NCBI RefSeq assembly: GCF_018977255.1
Contig: NW_024704742.1
Coordinates: 60,328,001-60,392,000 of the forward strand
DNA: 64,000 nucleotides
Origin: Callorhinchus milii
Taxonomy: Eukaryota
Direction: 5' to 3'
The notes under the pieces were generated by a model that worked only from the letters and a program-made list of their open reading frames with translations, had not been told where the DNA came from and did no database searches. Made by a program: the position numbers and the translations under genes. This document shows positions 12,832-25,347 of the stretch, piece after piece (positions within the stretch are counted from its first letter, which is position 1; each line of letters opens with the position of its first letter).

Positions 12832-13245
12832 ATAATTCTTGATTTTGATATGGTGCCTTTCATGTCAGGAGGATGTTTCAAAGCGCTTCACACGATGACT
12901 GCATTTTTGTAGTTGACTGCAGCAGCTAATTTGTGCACAGCAATAGCCCACAAACAACCATGAAGTGAATAACCAATTTTATTTGGGGAATTATTGGCCA
13001 GGACATTGATATAAACTCCTCCTCTTTATGAATAGTGCAGTGGCATCCTTAGGGTCTGCCTGAACAGGAAGATGGGACCTCGGTTTAACCTCTCATCTGA
13101 TAAACTACTTCAGCAATACAGCGCACCCCCAGCATTGCACTGGAATGTCAGTCTGGACTGCGAGTTCAAAGTCCCGACGTGGGGCTCAGACCCATAATCT
13201 TTTGATTCAGAGGTGTGAGTGCTACTAACTCAGCCAGGCTGACAC
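12832..13245 (-). mobile_element. SINE family B, full length
   Basis: Ends on + with gctactaactcagccaggctgacac; central domain and tail intact. Confidence 0.85.
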
Positions 13246-13769
13246 CAATGATTTTTTCCCACAGAATATAGTACAGGAGAGGAACATAGTACAGTAATAC
13301 AGTGTAATGTACTGCAGTGTTACACAGATTCAAGCCTAAAATTCTTCACATTGTCATTCCAATATCAAATATAACATCAGAAGTAAATGGCTTTTGGAAA
13401 GAGACCAAACATCCATTAAGGAGAGAAGGGGGTAGGGGGGAGGGCAGGTAAGAAGCTAATTTCTTCAGGAAACTTTCAAGCCTTAGCATTAAGCAGTGGT
13501 TAGTGAGCAGCTTGCCTTATCATCGTGATATATATTCAATTCCACTAAATTAGCTGAAGGATTATTACTTGCTTTGCATTCCTAAGTATATTATACAGTA
13601 TGACAAGAGTCAATTGTCATGATACATTTTTATGACTTCTGGTCACAGAATCAACATTGGACACCTTTTGAATTTTAAAGTAACAGCACTTACCTGCTGA
13701 TAGAATAATGTGACCGAAGCCAGGAGAACTATCAGCTCTTTTATAATTGTCCCAGTTCCAACTAACCCC

Positions 13770-14161
13770 ATCTTGTACACTCAGCTCCTGTTAACCCTTC
13801 AATCCAAAGCCCTAACGGGTAGGGTGGTCCTAGCAGAACAAGTAGTGGGAAAGCTTGCTGGAAAGCAACATCAATGGCATGCTATGTGGTTTTAGCTAGT
13901 TAGACTTCAGCAGTACCTCAACACACACTCTGGGGTCCCCAAGAGTTAATTCTTGCCAACCTGCACCTAATGCTTTCAGGAATTAGGTAAGCAGGATATG
14001 TCACTCCAGGGAGAGAGTATACATTCCATTCCAACAATCTAACTCTGGGATTTCCATGTGTAGGTGAGATGTATGGAAATCTCAGTTTGGTTTGGATACT
14101 CTTAAGCATGGTGATGAGTTTCTGCATGTGTCAGACACCCGGCTGACCCCCCCAAAAAAAA
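13770..14161 (+). mobile_element. LINE family C 3' end with terminal hairpin and poly(A)
   Basis: Reverse complement aligns by eye to 8980-9210; ends gtcag-acacccgg-ctgac, C-run, A-run. Confidence 0.75.
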
Positions 14162-14544
14162 TGGTACGAACATACAAATGATTCCAGTGCTCCACCAGCT
14201 GAGCATGGTTGATACTCCATACTTAAAGCACAGGGGGGCAATTTTGTGATATTTCTTAATTTGGAGAGGGGCAAGGGTGGTGTTTTTCACTTCCAAATCT
14301 CTCAATTGTTAAAAACAGATTTTTTTTGCAATTTTTGACAAGTGGCTAAACATTTCTTCACTGAAGAACAGTGTTAACTGAGGATCTAACCCACCAGACA
14401 TCCTACAATTCCCCTTATCCCTCCATCAATTCAAACCTGCCATCTTTACTCTACAAAATTTACTGTGATCCTATGTTGATTTTTAATAAATACAAGGCAC
14501 CAGATAACACCAAGATTTATCATAACTTTATTGGGGAATTAATC

Positions 14545-14688
14545 CCCCCTCCTCGCTCCCTCCCTTCCCTCCCCTCACCCTGACCATTTAACCCCTGCTC
14601 GGGTCATGACCCAACTGTGCAGCGCCTTGGGACGTCCTCCTGACGTGAAAGGCGCTTTATAAATGGAATCTTGTTGTTGTTGTTGTTG
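14545..14688 (+). mobile_element. Young L2 3' end
   Basis: Near-identical to 60376-60518, with (TTG)n tail. Confidence 0.88.
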
Positions 14689-15384
14689 TAATGCTGTCTA
14701 CATATTAGCTGCCACATTCGCTTATAAAATAAATAGTCACTGCACTTTACAGTAAATCCTGTGAAACACTTTGAGATGTCCTTTCACCATGAAAGGCTCC
14801 ATATTAAATGCTAAGATTATTTTATTATATTGGCTCTCAATCTGGTGGGCAGAACACATGCTTGTGTTTATAACACAGGGGAAAACGTAAACCTGTGTTA
14901 AATCCATTGCTGCCAGAATTAAATGCCAGTTTTCAGATGGTGGAGCCAAACATATGCTGTAAACTGATGAAAATCTCACAAAAAGGCAAATTGGTTGTGG
15001 AGAGAAAAGCTCAGTGGTAGAAAGTAATGAAGTTTTTCAATATGCCATATTGGCTGAGCTATGTTTTGGTGGAAGAAGTGTGAAATGACAGTTGTGAGAC
15101 CAGCCAAAAAAAAAGCAATAAGATCACTGAGGCCAAAATTTCCATTCAAGTATCAAAATTCAATTTAATTGATAAGAAAGATCTAAGAGAACTAATTACT
15201 AAAATTCCCTTTTCTTGTACCGTGAAAGTCAATGGGAAGAGGTGGGCAGCGAGAAAAACTTTGTTTACTTTGTTGACATGCTTTAACGTCTTCCCCGAAA
15301 AGAATAATGCAGTTCAGATTAAAATGTAGATGATTGTTTTTCAAGAAGATGGCAAGTAATGCATTTAACACAATATAATAATCG

Positions 15385-15720
15385 TTAATTCTTATATTTG
15401 ATATTTCGCATTATCACATTGTCAAGACGTCTCAAAGAATTTTATTTTAAGTGCATTGACTGTGTAATTTGTAGGCAAATTGCCAGCCAATTTGCACACA
15501 GCCATGTCTTACAAAGTGAATGACCAATTTTACCTTAGGGATTGTTGGCCATGGCATAGCAACTTTAACTCCCACCCGAACAGGCAGAAAGGACCTCGGT
15601 TTAATCGCTCATCTAAAGGATGCACCTCAAACAATTAGTGTACCCCCAGCAACACGGGGCTTGAATCTACAAGCTTCTGTTTCAGATGTGATAGTGCTAC
15701 CAATTGAGCCAAGGTTACAA
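15385..15720 (-). mobile_element. SINE family B, internally deleted
   Basis: Tail, partial centre and head recognisable. Confidence 0.7.
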
Positions 15721-15727
15721 CCTGAAG

Positions 15728-16088
15728 GTGGATTCCTGTAGCTCAGTGGTTAAAGCACTTGCCTCGCAAGCAAAAGGACCTCAATTTGATTCCCGGGCAG
15801 GGTGAAATATTGAGCAAGTGTCCTTACTCCACACACACATCTTTTTACCTAGCAGTAAGTAGGAACTTGGTTGTTGGCCAAATGGCAGATCACTTTTCCG
15901 GGCGTAATAATCCCTTTAATTTTTTAAATAATTTAGTCACTTAATCCACGACTGTTTGTGGGACACTGCTATGCGCAATTGGCTGCCGCATTTCTCCAAC
16001 AAAACATACAGTCAATTCACTTTACAATATATTCAGTGAAGCGCTTTGAGACATCTAGAAGACATGATCAGGCGCATTATTATTATTA
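15728..16088 (+). mobile_element. SINE family A, long form
   Basis: gtggattcctgtagctcagtggtt head; ttacctagcagtaagtaggaac centre; tail. Confidence 0.88.
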
Positions 16089-17274
16089 AAACATCCAGCA
16101 GTAAATATAAAAATCTGTTGTTAAAAATCAGTTGCAGCCGCTTGGAATCAAATAACAAGAAGCCTTTGCTGTACTAATACCAGCGATGACATTCACTTCT
16201 GAAAAGCCTGTGAGAAAACCATTCGCTGGAAGTTGGGGGATTCAGTACCAAATCTGCCATCAAGGATAGGACACAAAGTAACCACACTTTCCACCCTTGT
16301 GATAATTATTACCGATGTTACCACTTACTGCACATATCACATTCCCCCAATATTCTTTATCAATCCATTCATGAAGCTAAATGCTTATAATACTCGGTGA
16401 ACATTTATTTGTGATTATCTCATATCCATTTTCTACCCCATATTACATTTAAATACAAACACAAGTGTTACAGAATAAGCCATCTGTCAATTTCCAGTCG
16501 ATGCAATAAAATAGCAATGAAAATTGGTCATTATTATAGGTAGGCATAAAAGATACTTATTATGCTAATGATATGATTTTTGGAAACAAACCTATTCCAA
16601 TTTGCCCTTTTTTTGAGATGGATTTAATATGAAGTCAATTGCAGTTATTTACAGTATTAGTGTTAATCTTATTCTAGTTATTTGATACTATATCGTACTG
16701 TAAATGCATTAAATCTGATATTTAACCAGGGAAGGAAGTAAATTGTCTCCCGCTGCTTTGCAGGTGCAGTGATACAATCATTGGATCTGTTATATGCTTT
16801 AGAAACTAAATGGTGTTTCATCGACTCACAAATATGTTTACAACTCACTGTCAGTCCTGAAAAGTGGGAAGGATATTCTTTTTCCTATCACATTACTAAA
16901 CTGAAGATGTATAAAATTTGTTAAATTGTCCAGCCTTCCAGTGCCTTTGCATGCTCATTCTTTGCAATTGGCAGGTTTCTGTTTATAAATAAATCAGGAT
17001 ATTTCTTTGAAGAGATTTGACCTGATGAGCTAAGTTTACTTTCAAACCTTTAATATGGTACTGAGACATTTGGAGGATTTGAGGTTCAATCCATTTTCAC
17101 CTCTCCTGTGATTTTTAAAGAGAATAGTTTCTCCCTTCGGTCTTTCCTAAATTTTAAACGACATCTTTGAGTCAGTGAATTTCATTCCTGGTCGAGTGTG
17201 ACCTTTCAACTTTTAATTTGTAACCTAAATCTCATAGTAGAACATGGGGAAACAGGATTGCATTTCTGCTTTTA

Positions 17275-17390
17275 CCATGGGGATTTCCTTGTGTAGTTGA
17301 CGTAAATGAAACTCTCAATTAGTTTGGATGCTCCAATGCATGGCAATGGGTTTCTGCATGTGGCAGACACCTAGCTGATCAAAAAACAAA
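17275..17390 (+). mobile_element. LINE family C 3' end
   Basis: gcatggcaatgggtttctgcatgtggcagacacctagctgatc followed by an A-run. Confidence 0.7.
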
Positions 17391-17578
17391 ATCTGATCTT
17401 ACAGTTTGCAATAATTTTGAATAATATGCTATGGAATTTTTTTAAAGCAGGCCTAGTATTGGGGGCATCAGGACCCAAAGTTATTCCTGTAATGGGAGCT
17501 ATGACATTATTGTTTCCACCATATACAATAGAAACCCGGTTTGCAGTCACCTTGCAGTCCACTCCTCGGATGGTTAAA

Positions 17579-17886
17579 TGGAGTCCTGTAGCTCAGTGGT
17601 TAGAGTACTCGCCTTGCAAGTGAGACACCTGGGTTCAATTCCAGGCAGGGCGAAACCTTGGGCAAGTTTCCTTACTCCACACACCTAATAATAATCCCTC
17701 CAAAACAAAACAATAATAAAGTGGTCATTTTCAATCCACGACTGTTTGTGGGACACTGCTGTGCGCAATTGGCTGCTGAGTTTCACCCACGAATATACAG
17801 TCAATTCACTTACTAGTTATTCTGTGAAGCGCTTTGAGACGTGAAAAGCGCTATATCAAATGCAAGGATTATTATATTATTATAAT
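17579..17886 (+). mobile_element. SINE family A, short form
   Basis: A and B boxes, family body and (TAT)n tail. Confidence 0.9.
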
Positions 17887-17969
17887 CCAGCCACCTCACA
17901 ATTCCGAGCACATTTTCATAGTCTCTTTCATTGTCAATGCTATAAGATAAGCTGTCTGTCTGCTTCAGT

Positions 17970-18255
17970 AACTCGGCACCTCACTATTCAGGACAACGGT
18001 CATTGATTGCAGCCGCTACAGTGCCCTCCTTCGCTTCAAACGAGGTACACACATCCCCCTTTGTGACTAAGCTGTGGCCAGGTCGCGGGCTTCTTACGCT
18101 GTTTCGTGGATGCTGCGGGGGCGGAGTGGGCTCCAGTCGCACATGCGCGATGCGGGGAGTGTTGGGATCACAGAATCGGCACGAGCAGACAAACGACTTC
18201 GCCTGGCGCCCGCGCCCTAACCTGAGCTCCTGCCACCAATTTGTGGTAAGTGCTG
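17970..18255 (+). promoter_or_regulatory. Small CpG-rich promoter-like region with putative non-coding first exon ending at 18245
   Basis: Densest non-repeat CpG cluster in the window; GC box GGGGCGGAG 18118-18126; NRF1-like GCACATGCGC 18139-18148; donor GTG|GTAAGT at 18245/18246. Confidence 0.65.
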
Positions 18256-18514
18256 TAAGTATGCCACCATGGAATGAGTCGTCCATATGTGAGAGAGTGG
18301 ACTTGATCAAAAATAGTGAGAACAAAGGTCAGAGACAGTTAACTGTGATCTATGGCATTGGCAGAGCACAAGTTGAATGCATTCTCAAAAGGTAGGCTGG
18401 ATACATGACAGCTTTCGTTTTAAATGTGACGATGCCTTTATTTTTATGATATTGCAAAGTATAGTTGTTGAATGTTCATCACCCTCCCCATTACCAATGT
18501 CTTTAACATTACAT

Positions 18515-18614
18515 CAGTGACCTGAATCACTCGACCTGTTTCAGTAATCACCTCACTGAGTAGGTCACTTTTGCCCAGTCCCTTGAGTGACCAGATTAGT
18601 GAGGTTCTACTGTA
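18515..18614. mobile_element. Probable single end of a Tigger/pogo-like DNA transposon
   Basis: Ends gaggttctactg|ta (reverse: TA-CAGTAGAACCTC), a pogo/Tigger-type terminus; no partner end found. Confidence 0.4.
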
Positions 18615-18749
18615 CAACTTTCAAATTAAGTTAAAAACAAGCCAGTAATAAAGGCTTTTGTAATCTCACTGACCAAAAAATAATATGGACTTTAAATTCT
18701 GCCTGAGCTGGTAGGAGAAAGCATTCTCTGGGATTGGGTAATGTTCAGG

Positions 18750-19030
18750 TGTCAACCTGGTAGAACTCTCACTTTTAAATCAGAAGCCTTTGGGTTCAAA
18801 TCCCACACCAGAACTTTGAACTCACAGTCCAGCTTGGCACTTCACTGCAGGACTGAAGAGATCTGCATTGTCAGAGTTCCTGCCCTTGTTAAACTGTGAA
18901 ATTCTTCAGGTGGACGTTTAAGAACCCATGATGCTATCGGAAAAGTGAAGGTAAGTTTTCCCAATGTTCTGGCCAACAATCTTCCAGATACCTTAATCAT
19001 TCACTTAATGATCTTACAATATATAAATAT
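18750..19030 (+). mobile_element. SINE family B, partial
   Basis: gtcaacctggtagaactctc..gggttcaaatccc..tcaggtggacgttaagaacccatg. Confidence 0.7.
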
Positions 19031-19484
19031 GCTTATGCGTTAGCCTTCGAATATAATCACTGTAGATGGAAGCTGACATGCATGAGTTGGTTTGGATGTT
19101 AAAAAAGCTACGGTATATCAAACATCGCAAGGGTAGCAAGTAACCACATTTTCTGTGTAGGACTTAATTAACGCTGGTGATAATTATCATACCACATACC
19201 ACAATTATCCCATCATAATTTCTTACTGTAAAATTTACCCCATTTATGTTTGTTAGTGAGAAGGAACCCAGGGCTTAGACATTGCTCAATAAATTTTCAG
19301 ACTAAAATCCAATTTTTTCATTCCAAAGGAATTTTTGGAGTATCGTATACATTCTCCTGTGTTTAAATGGGTAACATCAAAAGACACAATTTGATCTGGG
19401 CTGATGTTCATCTTCATTGTGCCGTTCACAATTTAGGTTGAAAACGAATGCTTCCCATCTGTTTTGCTTGTTTTAAATCTGGTA

Positions 19485-22400
19485 ATTACTTTTCCCGGTT
19501 TAAGCTCCAGCAATTTGTGTGAGCTAGAACCAGAAGGATGCTGAGATGAATGATTTCATTAAGGGACCATATAAATAGAAAAAGCATCAAGGGGTTTGTT
19601 AATGCACCTTTTGTTCAAGGATATTCATCTTTTGGTCTGAGCAGGTACTGGAGTCTGAAGTTAAAGAACAAGAAAACATCAAAATTTTTAATATTTTATT
19701 TCATTTTATTGGAAAAGATATTTTTGATATTAAAATGTGGTTATTGGCATCTATCCTTGTGATTATAAGGTCCAGTAATACCATGAATTGTAGAAGAAAA
19801 GTTCAATCTTACTTTCCTCTTGCCTACCCAGGATATTGATGAATGGTGCCTTTAAATTTAAATGATGCCAGGAAGGAAGAATATTGGCCCTGAAATCAAT
19901 TGGCGCCAGAGCCAAACCCATCCAGGATACGACACTCAATCTTGTCAGAATGGTTTCTTGGTTCTTGGCTTCCAGTAAAATAGCCACAGTGTTGCATTTA
20001 TGATGAGACATTTGAACTAATTACAGATCGTGTTAGAGCATCCTTCATACTTTTAACATATTTATTTCACCTACATTTATGATACGAGAGTTCATCTATT
20101 CTTGATCTATACCATGTCCATTGGTTCAAATTCCAATGCCCTCCGGAAAAAGAGTCATTCACTTTTTAGCCGTTTGTGGGGCATTGATGTGTGCAAAAAG
20201 GCTGTTGAGTTTGCCTACAAAATATACAGTCTTTTCAATATCATCTGTGAAGCGCTTTGAAACATCTCAACGATGTGATAGGATGCTATATCAAATGCAA
20301 AGGTTATTATTATTAAGTCACCAATCCACTTTCACTTCTGAATTAACAAAAAATGCAATTACCTCAAAAATGAAAATTTACCATGCAATGACGGTTCACG
20401 CATTGTACAACTTGACAGGTTTACTAAGCCTTTAGATGAAAATAAATACCTAAAAAATTGCCGCTGACAATCAAGCTAGATCTGAATATCTGGCAGGATC
20501 ATCAGACAAAGGATTTGATTACATGATGCACTGAGCTGTGTCACATAAATAAGAGCTGACATAGTTCACTCATGTGCTTGTGCTTATTGCTGGAGTGTCC
20601 CCTCGACTGAGAATTTTCAACTTATATAAGCAATTTAATCACTAACGGTGGTTCACATAATATTTTCACCTTGAGGGTTTGTTTTTCTTCCATTAGTGCA
20701 TTAAGCAATCTTCTCATTGATGCAACTGTTAGAATTCCTCCCAAACAACATTCTCTTGAATGCAATCCCTCTGGCATGAATTTAAACTCAAAATTTAGTT
20801 TGCAAGTACCGACACCTCCTTCAAGTCATTTTGACATCAGAATAATATTCTCTTGTATTCTCCAGTTTGTAAGATTAAAGGTGCCAACAGTTTATCTCAT
20901 TAAAACTGGATGTAATTCAGAATTGGCAGGGGTTTAGCATTTTGTGCTTTTTTTTTATTCCAATCCTATTCCAATTCCCGTGATCTTCACTTTTTTTATT
21001 TTCATTAAGTGTTGCATTTCATATATCCTGTTGTCAAGATAAAGGATGTTAGTGATATGGGAAAGATTAGCTTTTTGCACTACTCAATGTCAGCACCAAG
21101 CACTACTTGTCATGGGTCAGATACATTCAGGGATCTTTTTACATTAACCTAACAATCTGTTCCCAAATCCACCTTCACATTACGCTGCATCAAAATGTAA
21201 TTTCCATGGAAGAACTGTTGTGGAAAGAATGTGCCTAAATCTGTGTCAAACTCAAGCCGCTGCAAATGAGTAGTGCACATGTTTGGAGTCGGATTCTGAA
21301 CCTGTGATCTTTTGAGACAAAAATATAAGGCTCTATTATATTCAAAGTTAAATGTGGGAAAAGAGAATGCATTTTATCACTGTGTATACATTAATCTGAT
21401 TCTCATTATGATTGTGAGCATATACTGTAGACTCACCAAATATATAACATATATTAATATCTGCTATATTGCCTATCTCCCACTCTACCTTATCCCAAAT
21501 GTTGTTGAAACCTTCATCCATGCCTTTGTCAACTTTCGCCTAGGCTGGACTTTCCTCCTGGATATGGCAAATGTTGTGTACGGCACTTTTGCTTACCTTA
21601 CCATTGCTCCACCCTTTTCCACAGCTCATCCCTCCCCCCAACTCAGGTGCCCAGTCAGCTGTGTAAAGTGCTTTGAAACAAACTCCTTGATGTGAAAGGT
21701 GCTGTATAAATATAAATTATTATTGAAAATCTTGTGGCTGGCTCTAGGCTCCTGCTTATTTTGTAAAATGCACAATGCTCACATTTACATTTTCATGATA
21801 GCTGCAGAAACAAACTTTTCAAACAAAGAATATGATGTGGTCCATGTTAGCTTTTGCAGCACATGACAGATATCAGATTTAGCTGTTGAAGTGGCAACAA
21901 CAGATTTAGCAGCTGGATGCATTTCACCCACAGTTGCCCCATTAAACAGTTCAATTGGTCCTGATGACAAATCTATTAAATACACAGCTATTCCTCTTCC
22001 AGAAGGTTTAACTAATACTTGAACCATGAATAAGTAATAACAATCTGGGAAGCTCATGTTAAGTTTCTATAATGTCAGTTCCTGTCCCCATTACTTCACC
22101 TAATAAATGAATCTCTGAATTTCCAGGTCAGTTGAGAGTATTCTGGCCACTGTTATATTGAGCACCATAGAATACGTTATGTTCGTCTACAAAAGGATTT
22201 GCGTTTTTTTTTCCAATTTAAAATAAATTGCGAGTGAAAATCAATTTCACGGCATTATTGGTCTAAAAAAATGTCTGTACGCAGCAGATAATGTATAAAT
22301 CCTGTGATGATTAAGCCTGAATGGACCACAGTTACAATTTTCCAAATGAAATGGTACTTGTGAGTTGATTTAACAATTAGTCGTCTATCCAGTCTTGCCG

Positions 22401-25347
22401 ATCCTTTCAGGTCTATGCACATAAGGTTCCAATTCCTTATCATATTGTCTGCTCCCATTTTAATAGGAGTAATCTTATGTGTCTTAATAAGAAACCAGCA
22501 TTATCAAGTATCATGTATCCCACAAGCTCCAGTGCTGAGTGGATTGAGGTAACAAATCAACCATAGGAGCTGAAAAATCTGCTTCCTTCTTCCTGATTAA
22601 GATCTTACAAAATCACAAGAAATTCAACAACAACTTGCATTTATATTGCGCCCTTCACTTGGATAGTGTCTAGGAATGCATAACAATGGCATGGCTTGAT
22701 GCCAAAAGGGTCACTTGAAGAAAAAGCTCTTGAAGAAGTGCAAAGAGGAGCAAGATTGAGGCTAAAGGTTCCAGTGATTTGGGGCATAGAGGCTGAAAGC
22801 ACGGCTGTCAATTGTGAAGGGGGATAAAGACCGGAGCCAGCTGAGCAAAGTTGGCAGGTAATGCAGAAAGGTATGAGCAGATGGGAGATGTAGGGAAGTT
22901 GAAAATTTAGATGAAGTAAGCCTTTCAGCTCATTTGATCTCACCTTTCCAGAATACCCAACCAGCCATCTTCCTTTCACTACCCCAAGTTGTTTCTTAAA
23001 AGAGTCAAACATCCAATTGCTGTATTGGTAAGCTGTTCCAGTTAATTAACCTCTAGTAAAGAAACACTTCCTGGAGTCTGTCCTGAAATTGCCTTTTGCA
23101 ACCCTGACTTTTTATGTTCTTAAGCTTAAATCTATTGCCTTAAATGTTAACAGTTGAATTTTGGAAATCAGTCTTAAATTGCATCTTAACTTAAAACCTG
23201 CTTTCCACAGTTGAATCAGCATCCAATTTTAAGAACAGAATTTAAGGCAATATTTAAGGAAAAATTCTGGCTTGTTTTATAAATTCAGGACAATTGTTTT
23301 AAGCCTGGGGATATAAACAATTAATGATGCCATGCTTCCGTCTTAACATGGTTTAGCAATGCAAAATTATTGTGCTCTTTTCATCTAGATGTGCTTTTAG
23401 CCAAAAATCTCTCCATTATAGTAAATTACTGTATTTCCATTTCATACAGACCTTCACTGTTCATATAAACTATTCATTGTTACACTTCAGAAGCATTGGA
23501 AATTTCATCTAGAACTGACTGGCACATTCTAGTAGCCACATATTCAACTGAGGTCTGTCCAGGACAAACACTATGAACTGTCTTCAATAAAACCTGCTGA
23601 GCTTTCAGCATGGTTTCCTGGATGAGGTCTGCAGGAAAGCGTTAATGAACTGCAGTTTTGCTTGATGCAACATCAGATGGCAAAATCTGTTTTATTCAGT
23701 TCACCCTCAGCAAACTACTCACTTTGCAAAATCTGTTGCATTTCTTCAAATAGATCAGAATATGTATGTTTCCTGAGCCGATGAAAGTTACCAGCAAAGG
23801 TGGACAGATTTTCTTCCTGCCCCCTGTGATGCTGAGATAACTCCAGCCAGCACAAATTAACATTGGTGGCAAATTCAGATTCTTCTCATAAGGCTCTGAA
23901 ATAATTTGGTGAAATTGCTTATACTAGCTTGTAAAAGTCCAGTGAGCCTTCATAACACATTTCCTTTCACACATTAAACATCATTTTCATTTATGGAACC
24001 ATTCCGTGTGAATTAATTTGGCTTGTTGTTTGTCAGTAAAAGGGTTTCTTTTCCTTAATAATTAAATTGGTATCCTCTACTGTTATACTTGATTTACTTG
24101 AATCTATAAGGCCACGTTTTGTTACATTTTACATCACGTCACTAGTCTAGGGTGTTGTGAAACTCTGTCACTATATAACATCACTGAGCAAATTACAATC
24201 CATTTAAATAATGAAATCTGTCCAGGGCCACAAAATACAGCACATACTAGAAAACATAGCAGCCTTCACCCAGAATAGCATCTTAGAGCGCTGTATAGTG
24301 GAGTTGTTTTGATGACAACAAGGGAGAAGGGTGAGGGAGAGGTGACCATTGGCACGATCGAAGAGAAAAATCTGTTCATCCACAAATATTTGGAGGGAGA
24401 AAGGAATAAATGGTGTAGAGACTCATGTGGAGTTGAAAGACTGGCACTGACTGAACAGCCTGTTTCCATGCCATATAATAATAATAATCATTGCATTTGA
24501 TAAAGTGACTTATCACTTCTTCTAGCCATCTCAAAGTGCTTCACAGATTATACTGCGAAGTGAATTGACTGTATGTTTGTGGGCAAAATATAATTCTTTA
24601 TACTAAAGAAATCAGATCATCCTGAATGCTACCCTTAGACCCCCTCTTTGATCCTACCAATATAAGTGTGATGTAAAGCCTGATTGTTCTGGACAGTGCA
24701 GAGGATACAATATATTGTGGTTATCTGGAAGAGTAAGAAATGTTTGAGGTCATGACTTCAGTGTACTTTCTACAAAAAAAATCTTCCAAACAAATATAAA
24801 CTCAGAAATATAATGCGCAAGAGAAGCTAATTGTATGTTTATCTCAAAACAGGACCAACAACTTTGTAAAGTTGACATTTTTATTTTTGTACATTTTTTT
24901 ACTGCATCACTTTGCTGTGCATGTAATATAAGAAGTTTAACAAAAATTGCTTGAGAAAAATAGTGGCAATACTTGGGAGCAATCCGGAGAAGAGTCAGGA
25001 GCAATAAGGGAGCAAAGCAGCCATGTGGAGACCTGACTCCATGTGAGAATGAATCAAAGGCAAATACTAGCTCATCCAATAAGCATCTTTTTTCAGTTCC
25101 AAGATGAAATAGGATTGTATACTCAACGGACATCACTAGTCTCAGAAAACAGCAGAGCATTGCTGCCTGCAGACTTCCAGATTAATAGTGCAGTCAGTAG
25201 TTGATGTGATAGATGGAAGATCATTTGTGAAACAACAGAATAGTGGGGGTGGTAGCCTGTCATATTCTGCCAATTCTTCAGTGGGTGGTAAGATATTCAC
25301 CCATGAGAAGGGTTGATTTGTTATAATCCACAGCATATTCTGTCAAT
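19485..25347 (-). pseudogene. Candidate unprocessed (intron-containing) pseudogene, product unidentified
   Basis: Exon-like segments 25347-24973, 23895-23723, 23628-23452, 22044-21789, 20016-19828 and 19654-~19490 with AG/GT boundaries and compatible phases; best supported is the 94-bp intron 23722-23629 (GTGAGT..TTAAC..TTTCCTGCAG); in-frame TGA/TAA codons present. Confidence 0.4.

Noticed and set aside
17984..18395. 113-aa and 130-aa ORFs over the CpG patch
   Set aside because: Non-ATG starts, GC-rich chance frames, no recognisable domain, and a splice donor interrupts them
20669..20908. Additional minus-strand exon candidate within the putative pseudogene
   Set aside because: The phase-compatible frame has many stops; cannot be placed in the chain
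23480..25060. Visual resemblance of the pseudo-exon peptides to ALPK1 N-terminal, DH or CARMIL helical regions; KPLDAFSIYM near 19590 resembles an HMG box
   Set aside because: Short low-identity matches from memory with inconsistent spacing; no gene name is justified without a profile search
25200..25260. PPLFCCFTNDLPS resembling a LINE RT motif
   Set aside because: No flanking QGS or ADD motifs; treated as coincidence
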